64,000 nt of DNA from Patescibacteria group bacterium (GTDB lineage: Bacteria > Patescibacteriota > Patescibacteriia > Patescibacteriales > UBA12465): positions 82,441 through 146,440 of the forward strand of contig JBAZJR010000003.1 of NCBI GenBank assembly GCA_041651195.1, in the 5' to 3' direction. How positions within the stretch are numbered: position 1 is the stretch's first letter; each line of letters starts with the position of its first letter. A program made the translations under genes and the position numbers. The notes under the pieces were generated by a model, which was given only the letters and a program-made list of their open reading frames with translations, searched no databases and was not told where the DNA came from. This document shows, in pieces, positions 47,774 through 56,424 of the stretch.

Positions 47774-49141
47774 ATGGCCATAAATCCGCTTAAAGAATCT
47801 CTAAGAAATGCTTCTCGTGACTCTATTAAAGAGGCGATTAAAAATCTTCGTCCTCATTTTTTGTCTGGGCAATGGATTGGAACAGGTAATATTTATGCTA
47901 AATATTATAAAACGAATGCCTATAAAGATCTTCTTACGCGACGTTCTAGTTTAAAAGATAAACAAATTAAGGATTATATCGCGGCATCTGTTTTTAACCA
48001 TTGTGGCGATGGTTGGAGTCTGCTTGGACGAGCGCTTAGTCTACATATTAAGGGGGATGGTAATAGCTCTATTCATCTTGCTTATTATGCTGAACTAAGA
48101 GCAGCGATGTCTTTACTCGCATCTGAAGGTATCGGTGTTTTTAACAACCGACATGTTATTGTAAAAGATGGGGCTGTTGATCTTACTCCAAGTCTCAAGA
48201 GAAAAAATCGTAGTCTAGGAAGGACACATCAATTTGTTTGGATGGCCCTAGAACATTGGACAGATAGAAGATTATCAGCGGATACATTGGCTAATATCAT
48301 TTGTCCTGGATCAATTACTCTTTTTGAATGGTTAGATGCTTTCGGTGTTGCCAATAACATTCATCCAATTGGTAGCAAGTGGATGAGGTTATGGGGCATT
48401 GATATTAAACAATTCGGTGACGACCAAATATTACGAAATTATTCCAGTTATAGACCATCTAGAATACTTCCAAAATCAAATACAACCGCCCCACATTCGC
48501 TTGCTTTTTTTAGCGAACTTTGGCGTATGTGTGAGCCAAGCCCGTCATCCAGATTTAATGAAATTGATAAACATCTTTTAAGATCTAGTTTGTCACAAGC
48601 GTATAAGGCGGTATATGGTATAGAGCCTCACACGTCGACAAATCTAGATGATTATAGGGCTTGGATTGAAAAAAAAATTATAACTCTCAACTTCTCAGCG
48701 CCAGTACAAAAAGAATGGGTTAATTTTCTTACATGGGCCATACAGCCAGATGACTCAAAAATTATTGAGGAAGCGGGTAAGTTTACTTCTGTTGATGATC
48801 CAAGCCATCATTTACAAGTACTCGCAAGAGCTACACTTTTATTAAGAATTTCTACTGGTATTAACGCAAAGTTACTTAAGGAGGCCGGTTTTACAAAAAA
48901 AGATTTAGAATTTTGGTGGGGACCGTATGCTGTCGATAATGGAATAATTAAAAATGCTGGCGCTATATCTAATTTTTTAGATCTTTGGGATGATGTTAAT
49001 ATAGCTCTTCAAGATATAATGGTTTGGGAAAAATCACAAAGTAAAAATTATACTTATAGCGATTTAGTAATGGATATCTCTAAGCCAATTTTAAGATTAA
49101 GTGAGTGTGAGCGAATATCTCTGTGGGGTCTAGGAATATGA
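47774..49141 (+). CDS. Hypothetical protein, possibly HEPN-like
   Basis: 455 aa; HLAYYAELRAAMSLL...THQ...LRNYSSY pattern; ATGA overlap with the methyltransferase. Confidence 0.6.
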   Translation: MAINPLKESLRNASRDSIKEAIKNLRPHFLSGQWIGTGNIYAKYYKTNAYKDLLTRRSSLKDKQIKDYIAASVFNHCGDGWSLLGRALSLHIKGDGNSSIHLAYYAELRAAMSLLASEGIGVFNNRHVIVKDGAVDLTPSLKRKNRSLGRTHQFVWMALEHWTDRRLSADTLANIICPGSITLFEWLDAFGVANNIHPIGSKWMRLWGIDIKQFGDDQILRNYSSYRPSRILPKSNTTAPHSLAFFSELWRMCEPSPSSRFNEIDKHLLRSSLSQAYKAVYGIEPHTSTNLDDYRAWIEKKIITLNFSAPVQKEWVNFLTWAIQPDDSKIIEEAGKFTSVDDPSHHLQVLARATLLLRISTGINAKLLKEAGFTKKDLEFWWGPYAVDNGIIKNAGAISNFLDLWDDVNIALQDIMVWEKSQSKNYTYSDLVMDISKPILRLSECERISLWGLGI

Positions 49142-50337
49142 AATACATGGGTTCAAAACGTTTTATGTTAAACAATGGGCTCGGGGATTTACTCCGCGAG
49201 CAGCTTCCTCGTGCAAATAGATTTATCGATCCATTTTGTGGCTCTGGAGGTATAATAAATTTTGTGGCTACAGATCAAAATTTTAAAGGAGAAATTATCG
49301 CTGGTGATCTGCAAAAATATGCTGTCGTCCTAGCTAAAGCCGTGATTGGACGAACTGAAATATTTGATGTTGAATATTTAAAAAATATTTGGATAGAAGA
49401 AGCAAAAAAAGGCTTAAATTCTTCAAAATTTTTAAATAGAATTGATGAAATCGATAAAAAATATCATAACGATATTAAACTAAGAGTAAAAAAAGCGAGA
49501 AAGCTTTGCGAATCTCCATCTCAAATCGGTCCTATTTGGAATGCCTATGGCGGCCACTATTTTAGTCCAAAGCAAGCGCTGGTACTCGACTATCTTTTAA
49601 AAACATTACCCAAACAAACTAAATACAGAAATGTTTGTTTGGCTGCTATAATTATTGCTGCCTCGAGAGCCGCCGCTTCTCCTGGCCACACCGCGCAACC
49701 TTTTCAGCCAACAAAAGGAGCTGGAAAATTTATTGAAATTTCATGGCACATAGATATTTTTAAATCTTGTGAAACTGCCCTAAAAGAGATCTCTATTTTA
49801 TATGCCAAGATAAAAGGAAAAGCGGTTGTTTCTGATGCAAAAAAGCTTATATCAAAATTAAAAAAGGGAGATCTGGTCCTTCTTGACCCACCTTATTCAG
49901 GCGTACAATATAGTCGCTTTTACCATGTACTTGAAACAATCGCCCGTGGTTATTGTGGAGAGATAACAGGGATTGGGCGTTATCCGGCTATTTCTGAACG
50001 TCCACAATCAGAATTTAGCAACGCAGGACAATCTCTTAAAGCGCTAGAACAGCTTTTGTCAGATTTATCAAAAAAAGAAGCTACGGTTATTTTTACTTTT
50101 CCCAAGGGTAGATGTAGTAATGGCTTGTCAGGAGATAAAGTTATTGAATTAGCAAGTAAATATTTTAATCTAGATAAAAATAAAAGCCGAATTCATGAGC
50201 ATGTTATTACAGGTAGATTTAGCACTCTGGGTGGCAACAATAAGCTTAATAAAAATAATCATGAAAAAAAGTCAAGGGTAAAGTCAGAAGAACTAGTATT
50301 ACTTTTAAAACCAAAAACTATTCAGCATAAAAAATAA
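49138..50337 (+). CDS. N6-adenine DNA methyltransferase (D12/alpha class)
   Basis: MKYMGSK start, FIDPFCGSG motif I, LDPPY motif IV, YSRFYHVLETI. Confidence 0.9.
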   Translation: MKYMGSKRFMLNNGLGDLLREQLPRANRFIDPFCGSGGIINFVATDQNFKGEIIAGDLQKYAVVLAKAVIGRTEIFDVEYLKNIWIEEAKKGLNSSKFLNRIDEIDKKYHNDIKLRVKKARKLCESPSQIGPIWNAYGGHYFSPKQALVLDYLLKTLPKQTKYRNVCLAAIIIAASRAAASPGHTAQPFQPTKGAGKFIEISWHIDIFKSCETALKEISILYAKIKGKAVVSDAKKLISKLKKGDLVLLDPPYSGVQYSRFYHVLETIARGYCGEITGIGRYPAISERPQSEFSNAGQSLKALEQLLSDLSKKEATVIFTFPKGRCSNGLSGDKVIELASKYFNLDKNKSRIHEHVITGRFSTLGGNNKLNKNNHEKKSRVKSEELVLLLKPKTIQHKK

Positions 50338-50342
50338 AATTT

Positions 50343-51221
50343 ATGCATCAAGGAAAAAAGATTACAATTTATTTAGCTGCCGGTCTTCCGAAAGGAATAA
50401 GGGAAATAAGAATTGATCAATGGAGCGGTAAAGCCATTTGTGGTCCGCGCAATGCTTTAAGTGAGATTATCTCCTTGCCAGAAACAGAAAATGGAGCATG
50501 TGTTTATTTCTTAATAGGAAATTCTGATGAAGGTGGGTTGCTCGCTGTATATGTCGGGGAGGCTGACGGTTTTAAGGAGAGAATAAGAGATCATGATTAT
50601 AAAAAAGATTGGTGGCAGGATGTTGTTGTTTTTGTAAGTCAGGATGGATCGCTAACTAAGACAGGTATCCAGTATCTTGAGAGCGTTTGTATTGAACGCC
50701 TAATAAAAATTGGGAAATGCAATCTTAAGAACATCAATAAACCGAGCATGCCAACTATTCCAAAAGAAGATATAAGCGGTTTGGAGGTGTTTTATGAAAA
50801 TTTAGGAATTATAATGCCGTTACTCGGGTATGATATATTCGTTCAAGCAGAACTAATATCTGGAAAAGTGCTGGACGCCTCATCTGTTTTTACATGCAAA
50901 AAAGGAACAAATGTTATTGCTACTGGGCATCTTTTGGAAGATGGAAAAATGAAAGTTTTAAAATTATCTACGGCTTCATTAGAAGAAACTCCATCTTTTC
51001 AAACGCATCCTTACAAAAAACTTAGAGAAGAGCTTATTGCCATGAAACGAATTATTGCTCATGGGCCTGTTCTTATTTTTACCGATGATTATGTTTTTGA
51101 TAGCTCAAGCGCTGCCTGCGGAGTAATATTTGGGAGATCTGCCTCCGGTCCGTTGGAGTGGAAAAATAGCGATGGAGCTTCCCTTAAAGAGACTCTAAAT
51201 TCGAAATTGAAAGCTGAATAA
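50343..51221 (+). CDS. GIY-YIG nuclease fused to DUF4357/RAMA-like domain
   Basis: CVYFL...VYVGEA..F.ERI..H..K.WW...YLE; C-terminal FDSSSAAC.VI.GRS.SG..EWK...G.SL. Confidence 0.82.
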   Translation: MHQGKKITIYLAAGLPKGIREIRIDQWSGKAICGPRNALSEIISLPETENGACVYFLIGNSDEGGLLAVYVGEADGFKERIRDHDYKKDWWQDVVVFVSQDGSLTKTGIQYLESVCIERLIKIGKCNLKNINKPSMPTIPKEDISGLEVFYENLGIIMPLLGYDIFVQAELISGKVLDASSVFTCKKGTNVIATGHLLEDGKMKVLKLSTASLEETPSFQTHPYKKLREELIAMKRIIAHGPVLIFTDDYVFDSSSAACGVIFGRSASGPLEWKNSDGASLKETLNSKLKAE

Positions 51222-51281
51222 CTATTTATAAAATAAACACGATTCTACCACCTCCTCTTGTATTGCTAGCGAAACAAAAAG

Positions 51282-51297
51282 TTGTGACGCTATTGTG
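51282..51297 (+). repeat. Putative integrase arm-type site, right
   Basis: Identical to 44363..44378. Confidence 0.6.
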
Positions 51298-51421
51298 ACT
51301 GAAAAGTGGTAAAATCGTGATATTTCGGACTAAAACTGGTTAATCAAAAAAGTTAAAATATTCTCTAATGCTAGTAAAAATTTGCTAACATTAAATCATA
51401 TATAAAAATCTCGATTTTGTT

Positions 51422-51442
51422 TTCGAATCCGACCCCGGGAGC
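51422..51442 (+). repeat. attR core (duplicated tRNA 3' end)
   Basis: TTCGAATCCGACCCCGGGAGC. Confidence 0.92.
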
Positions 51443-51449
51443 TTAGGAC

Positions 51450-51478
51450 AATGACGCCAATCTTGGCGTTATTCTTTT
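51450..51478 (+). terminator. Terminator following attR (likely the original tRNA terminator)
   Basis: AATGACGCCAA-tc-TTGGCGTTATT followed by CTTTT. Confidence 0.65.
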
Positions 51479-51586
51479 GTAATCAGAGCCAGCATCCGGA
51501 TTTAGTCAGCGGTTTATGGTTATTAAAAATTTACAGAATAGTATGAAATGTGCTATTTTAGTTTTATAAACTAAAATTATAAATTT

Positions 51587-52795
51587 ATGTCTTTTGGATG
51601 GCCGACCCCGTCGTCTGATAATTCGATAAGTAAAGCTGAAGGCGAAAAATTTATTGAAAGTGATAAAAAAAAGTTTGGAAGGAAAGGATATTCTGAGGAG
51701 CGGAATATTTATGAGCAGAGGCGTCAGGCCGTGGAAAATTATTTGATTGACCCGGAAAATTTAAAAATGGTAGAGACTGAGTTTGGCTCAGCCAAGGTCC
51801 GGACGGTTATCGCGCGTTGGGATGCTCCCGAAGATCTTAGGGAAGTCGGAGCCAAACCAGATACCTTGCGGATTACCATATATGTTCCGGGGATGTTTGA
51901 ATGTGATAAGCCTAATTTTGGTAACTATCCTCTAGAAATAAAATTAGCCGGTACGATGCTAATGGGTGATGCCGAATCTTTCGTGGTTTTAAAGGCTGAA
52001 GGTTTGAATAAGGAGGCCTATATTGACGATGGCGGACAGGGACGAGGACAAGGTTTGGTGGCGGAAGAAGCCGTCAAGCAACTGGAGAAGTCATTACAAG
52101 CAATGAAACAAAAGATGGGGCTAGGAGAAGAAGCTAAAATAGAATTTGAGGTCGTTGGATCCTCTGAGGGCAGTACTCAGGGAGCGAGTATCGCCGAGAA
52201 AATAGTTGAGCGCAATTTAGGCAAGGTTAATGCTTTTACCTCAATTGGTGGAGTGGGCTTAGCTGGCGGAGAGGATCAAACAGAAGTCGCTGTTATTAAT
52301 CAACTGAGAGCGAAGATAGATCCCAAAAATGAATATCAAATGCCAAAAACTTATTCGGAAGTCGGAGAGGATACTTTTTTAATAAATCGTCAGATGATCG
52401 GCGACGCTAAGCAGGGCGGGTATGAATATTCTTTAGGCAAAGCTTATGTTGATCCTAAAGGTGATATTAGGAATGTCGCTAAGTGGGGTTGGAGATATTT
52501 AAAAAGTAAATTGGGTCTGGCCGAAGAAGTCCCTCACGAACGGGTGCAGGCGGTTTTTATTAAAAATCATGACTTTGATAAGTTAGCTACGAATGGGGTT
52601 CCAATTGTGGTTTTAGCTGGCTCCGAGGATAGAATATTCCCGGCGGCCGAGATTCAAAAAGGAGTTGAAGATTTGCGGTCACGGGGAGGCAAAGCATTGT
52701 TATTAATTACCAATATGGGACACAGCTTTCCGCACGAGAACCCATCAGGCGCCGCTATGGCCTTAAGATTATTTAGAAATAAAGCTGGAATATAG
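51587..52795 (+). CDS. Alpha/beta-hydrolase-fold protein
   Basis: VVGSSEG nucleophile elbow, LAGSEDRIFP acid, GHSFPHENP His. Confidence 0.7.
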   Translation: MSFGWPTPSSDNSISKAEGEKFIESDKKKFGRKGYSEERNIYEQRRQAVENYLIDPENLKMVETEFGSAKVRTVIARWDAPEDLREVGAKPDTLRITIYVPGMFECDKPNFGNYPLEIKLAGTMLMGDAESFVVLKAEGLNKEAYIDDGGQGRGQGLVAEEAVKQLEKSLQAMKQKMGLGEEAKIEFEVVGSSEGSTQGASIAEKIVERNLGKVNAFTSIGGVGLAGGEDQTEVAVINQLRAKIDPKNEYQMPKTYSEVGEDTFLINRQMIGDAKQGGYEYSLGKAYVDPKGDIRNVAKWGWRYLKSKLGLAEEVPHERVQAVFIKNHDFDKLATNGVPIVVLAGSEDRIFPAAEIQKGVEDLRSRGGKALLLITNMGHSFPHENPSGAAMALRLFRNKAGI

Positions 52796-52926
52796 TTTTT
52801 ACAATTTTTTTTATTTTTTTATTGAGTGCGAGCGTATAATTTATTTATCTGATTTTGGTATATATGTTCTATTATGAGTAGTCATAAAATAGATTCGTGC
52901 TTCCTTTATCACGCCGAGTTATAAAA

Positions 52927-52953
52927 AAGAGGCTATAATCAGTAGCCTCTTTT
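52927..52953. terminator. Bidirectional terminator
   Basis: AAGAGGCTA-taatcag-TAGCCTCTT flanked by A/T tracts. Confidence 0.7.
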
Positions 52954-52986
52954 ATCTTATCATGTTTTGTAGATTAACTATGGCAA

Positions 52987-53253
52987 TTATAGAGACAGCC
53001 AAGCAGTATATGCAGAATTAAGATTTTTGGCTTCATCTGCGCTAATGTCTAAATTTTCAAAATTTTCAAAACCCTTGTTTTTCATTTCTGTAACTAAAGA
53101 ATCAATCTCACTCCCAATGCCATTTTGATCGAAATTTACTGAGTCTCCCGACCTGTCGAATTCTGCGGCTATTCTAGCCGCTAGCCCTTTTGCCGTCATG
53201 GCTAGCTGTTCTTTACTTGTCTTATTCATTTCGAAAGATTTTTCACCTATCAT
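52987..53253 (-). CDS. Hypothetical protein
   Basis: 88-aa ORF followed by a terminator. Confidence 0.6.
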   Translation of the reverse strand: MIGEKSFEMNKTSKEQLAMTAKGLAARIAAEFDRSGDSVNFDQNGIGSEIDSLVTEMKNKGFENFENLDISADEAKNLNSAYTAWLSL

Positions 53254-53323
53254 ATACTTATTGTTTAATAATAGCTTATATTTATTATATCACTAGTAAA
53301 TAAATAAACAAGAGGGGCTTTAA

Positions 53324-53352
53324 TTGACAAATATTACTATATGTGATAAATT
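53324..53352 (+). promoter_or_regulatory. sigma70 promoter
   Basis: TTGACA-17bp-TAAATT with TGn. Confidence 0.6.
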
Positions 53353-53489
53353 ATCCTAATTCCTAACGACTGGAATTATGTGGTAAAGAAAAATACCATG
53401 AAAGGCATGTAGCCAACAAAATCCGTTCTCTGGCGACGGTCGCTAGATAGTCCCCCATGGTGCTGGGACAATAAACTGCACATTAAAAA

Positions 53490-54362
53490 ATGAAAAATTT
53501 AATTAATTTTTTCGTGAATTTTATTGGCGGTTTTAATAAAATCGTCAAATCTTTTTTCGGGGGTAAGAAAAAAAATATTGTCGGATCAGATATTGATCAG
53601 GTTGATCCCCAGTTAGCCCCGGAAAAATCCGCGGCAGATCCCGATATCGATCCTGATCAAGATAAATTCAATCACGCATTGGCGCAGAAAATAATGGCTG
53701 CGATTAAGAACGGGGCTGACGCTGCCGACGCGGAATATCTGGTCGATAAAGAAGACGCCCGGCTTTTCCATAGCGCGCGCGATCTTCGGCTCAAAATCCG
53801 GATCCTCAACGCCTTCCAAGACGGGAAAAAAAGTAAGGACAAATTAGTTTTTGCCGCCTCGCTGCCGCATGGCTTGGGCACAAGTTTAAAGGATGAAATG
53901 CTTGCCACCTTCCAGGAATTAATCGATGTCTATGGGAATAATACCCATGAATTATCGGTGGTAAAGTCGGCAGCCAGCGATTTCCGTGATTTAGAGGCGC
54001 CTATATTAGAATTCTTATTCCGCCATTTATACCGTAAATATAGCTGGAAATTCGTTAGGCAGGTCGTCAGAGTCAGCACTTGTCCGAACCCGGATTTTCT
54101 CATTTTTCGTTTAAGGACCGAAATTTGTCTGCATTTGCCGCTGGTGATAGCCTTGGTATGCTTAGATGGCATAAGCAGCCCAATCGGCGACAGTAAAATG
54201 CCGTTAATTATGGATTTCGAGGATAGATATGATTTCAGCCTGGAAAAAGACGGAGGATTTACCTGGGAAGAGATATGGCCGGGGATCAAGGCCGTATTCA
54301 ATAATTACTTCCTGGGGGGAGTAGATTTTATCATAGACTGCCAGGCGGTAAATAACGACTGA
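53490..54362 (+). CDS. Hypothetical protein
   Basis: 290-aa ORF between a promoter and a terminator. Confidence 0.65.
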   Translation: MKNLINFFVNFIGGFNKIVKSFFGGKKKNIVGSDIDQVDPQLAPEKSAADPDIDPDQDKFNHALAQKIMAAIKNGADAADAEYLVDKEDARLFHSARDLRLKIRILNAFQDGKKSKDKLVFAASLPHGLGTSLKDEMLATFQELIDVYGNNTHELSVVKSAASDFRDLEAPILEFLFRHLYRKYSWKFVRQVVRVSTCPNPDFLIFRLRTEICLHLPLVIALVCLDGISSPIGDSKMPLIMDFEDRYDFSLEKDGGFTWEEIWPGIKAVFNNYFLGGVDFIIDCQAVNND

Positions 54363-54376
54363 TGGCCTAAGAACTT

Positions 54377-54404
54377 AAGCGGTGTTCATTTAACGCCGCT
54401 TTTT
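54377..54404 (+). terminator. Intrinsic terminator
   Basis: AAGCGGTGTT-cattt-AACGCCGCTT followed by TTT. Confidence 0.7.
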
Positions 54405-54514
54405 AATTGAGATTGGCGATCCGGATATAGTATAGTATACTAGGAAAGCTGGCGGAGACTTTTAGGCAGGTAGCCGCTAGGGAAACGGACAGAGCTAAAA
54501 TAATTTTTAAAACA

Positions 54515-55057
54515 ATGGATATAAGATTAGATTCAAAAAAATTGCGGACGATAGACCCCGCGCAGGCTCTGGAGCTGAGCCGGAAATTGAAAAGGACGGA
54601 TATCTATCTGGTTTTAGAGGATGTCCTGGACACTTATAACATCGGCGGCTTCTTTCGGCTAGCTGACGCCATCGGCGCTAAGAAGCTGTATCTCTGCGGC
54701 GCCACCAGCACGCCGCCGGACAGCAAGATCCAGAAAGCTTCGGTCGGCACCTATAAATTTCAGCCTTGGGAGTATCGGCGGACCGTTCTTGAGGCGATTA
54801 AGGATCTGAGGCGGATCAAGGGCTTGCGGGTCGTGGCGATCGAGCAATGCCTCGGCTCGATCGATTATCGCGCCTTTGATTATCGCGCTCCTTTAGCTTT
54901 CGTTTTAGGCAACGAAACTTATGGCCTGTCTAAGAAGACGCAGAAACTCGTCGACGCGGTGGTTGAGATCCCGATGTACGGGATCAATAAGTCTTTGAAC
55001 GTCATGATCGCCTCCGGCATCGTGGTCTATACCGCTTTGGGCAGGATGATGGAATAA
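54515..55057 (+). CDS. TrmH/SpoU-family RNA methyltransferase
   Basis: NIGGFFRLAD, VLGNETYGL, EIPMYGINKSLNV. Confidence 0.92.
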   Translation: MDIRLDSKKLRTIDPAQALELSRKLKRTDIYLVLEDVLDTYNIGGFFRLADAIGAKKLYLCGATSTPPDSKIQKASVGTYKFQPWEYRRTVLEAIKDLRRIKGLRVVAIEQCLGSIDYRAFDYRAPLAFVLGNETYGLSKKTQKLVDAVVEIPMYGINKSLNVMIASGIVVYTALGRMME

Positions 55058-55114
55058 AAAGCTGAAGATGGTATAATGACTATACAGATGATAGTCATCT
55101 TAAACCATAATATT

Positions 55115-55888
55115 ATGTTTTTAAAGATTCTCGCCGCCGCGCTCTTCCTGCTTATGGTCGCGGTCAACTCTCTGGCGAATATCCTGCCGATCAACGGCCG
55201 GGATACCGGCATGATCTCTGACGCCTATCCGAACCTCTTTGCTCCGGCTGGATTGACTTTCTCTATCTGGGGCCTGATTTATATCCTGCTGGCCGCTTAT
55301 ACGATCTATCAATTCGGGTTTTTCCGGGGCGATCCCGGGGCGGGGAAAGGAAAGATCTTACGGTCCGTCAATATCTATTTCATTATCAGCTCTTTGCTCA
55401 ACATCTCTTGGATCTTTGCCTGGCATTATGATCTGATCTGGCTGTCGTTCCTGATCATCTTAGCGCTTTTCTTTTGTCTGCTTAAGATCACAAGGATGCT
55501 GTCGCACGAAAGATTTACTGCTCTTAGCAAGGCGCTGCTTGTCTTGCCATTCAGCATTTATCTCGCCTGGATAACGGTCGCCAATATCGCTAATTTCACG
55601 GTTTTCCTAGTTAGCCTGGGTTGGAACGGCCTGGGTCTCGGCGGACAGATTTGGACTATGCTCGCCTTATTGCTGGGCGCCGCTTCGGGCGCCATCTTGA
55701 TGCTCAAGGATAAGAATCTCGCTTACAGCCTGGTTTTTATTTGGGCTTATGCGGGCATACTCATAAAACATCTATCAGCCTCGGGTTTCAACGGGGAATA
55801 CCCGGCGGTCATCATTACCGTCATCCTTTCTTTAGCCTTTTTTATCCTGATCGGCGGGCGCCTAGTTTATAGCCGGACGAAGAGTTAA
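55115..55888 (+). CDS. TspO-like tryptophan-rich membrane protein
   Basis: ISDAYPNLFAPAGLTFSIWGLIY, LNISWIFAW, FSIYLAWITVA. Confidence 0.75.
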   Translation: MFLKILAAALFLLMVAVNSLANILPINGRDTGMISDAYPNLFAPAGLTFSIWGLIYILLAAYTIYQFGFFRGDPGAGKGKILRSVNIYFIISSLLNISWIFAWHYDLIWLSFLIILALFFCLLKITRMLSHERFTALSKALLVLPFSIYLAWITVANIANFTVFLVSLGWNGLGLGGQIWTMLALLLGAASGAILMLKDKNLAYSLVFIWAYAGILIKHLSASGFNGEYPAVIITVILSLAFFILIGGRLVYSRTKS

Positions 55889-55951
55889 GGAGAGGGCTAA
55901 ATATTTTTGATTAATGGCTCGCGCGGCGGGCCGTTTTTATTTTTTGCCAGC

Positions 55952-55984
55952 TACCTTGTATTACATAGTATTAGGTGCTATAAT
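55952..55984 (+). promoter_or_regulatory. padR promoter with overlapping palindromic operator
   Basis: TACCTTGTA-T-TACATAGTA overlapping TTGTAT-17bp-(TGn)TATAAT. Confidence 0.6.
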
Positions 55985-56015
55985 GTAAATAGTTTATTAT
56001 TCATTGTGGATAAGT

Positions 56016-56366
56016 ATGGCTAATCAACAGCAAATCGACACGGAAAATACTCAGGCGCAGATGCGCAAAGGGATCTTAGAATTCTGTATCCTGCTCGTCA
56101 TTTCGCGGGGCAAGGTCTATTGCTCGGATATCTTGAGCGAGCTGCGGGAAGAGGATCTCCTGGTAGTCGAAGGTACGGTCTATCCTCTTTTGACGCGCCT
56201 GAAGAACTCCGGCTTGCTTTCCTATGATTGGGAAGAATCGCCAAGCGGACCGCCGCGCAAATATTATTCCCTGACTCCGAAAGGCCGCGAGACCCTGCGG
56301 CAATTGACGCTCACTTGGCGGGCGCTCAATAAATCCGTTAATTCATTGATTAAAAAGTTTAAATAA
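56016..56366 (+). CDS. PadR-family transcriptional regulator
   Basis: QMRKGILEFCIL, EGTVYPLLTRL, GPPRKYY; ATG at 56016. Confidence 0.93.
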   Translation: MANQQQIDTENTQAQMRKGILEFCILLVISRGKVYCSDILSELREEDLLVVEGTVYPLLTRLKNSGLLSYDWEESPSGPPRKYYSLTPKGRETLRQLTLTWRALNKSVNSLIKKFK

Positions 56367-56424
56367 TTTTTTCCTCATTCCGATTCCTGTCCCCGCATGC
56401 GGGAGGGAAAGGACCATCGCTCAT

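Larger units (their letters stand above)
44247..51442. mobile_element. ~7.2-kb integrative element inserted in the tRNA-Asn 3' end
   Basis: Perfect 21-bp direct repeat TTCGAATCCGACCCCGGGAGC at both ends, adjacent tyrosine integrase, visibly AT-richer cargo. Confidence 0.92.

Noticed and set aside
44307-51221. Prophage or complete Dnd/Dpd system
   Set aside because: No phage structural or replication genes; only a DGQHR gene, without dndACDE or dpdA/dpdC
51422-51442. Second tRNA gene
   Set aside because: Only the 3' 21 nt are present; this is attR
54443-54495. Possible riboswitch upstream of the TrmH-family gene
   Set aside because: One stem (CTGGCGG/CCGCTAG) only; no match to a riboswitch consensus I can support
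56005-56013. Perfect DnaA box (TGTGGATAA) before padR
   Set aside because: Single isolated box, compatible with chance; no oriC context
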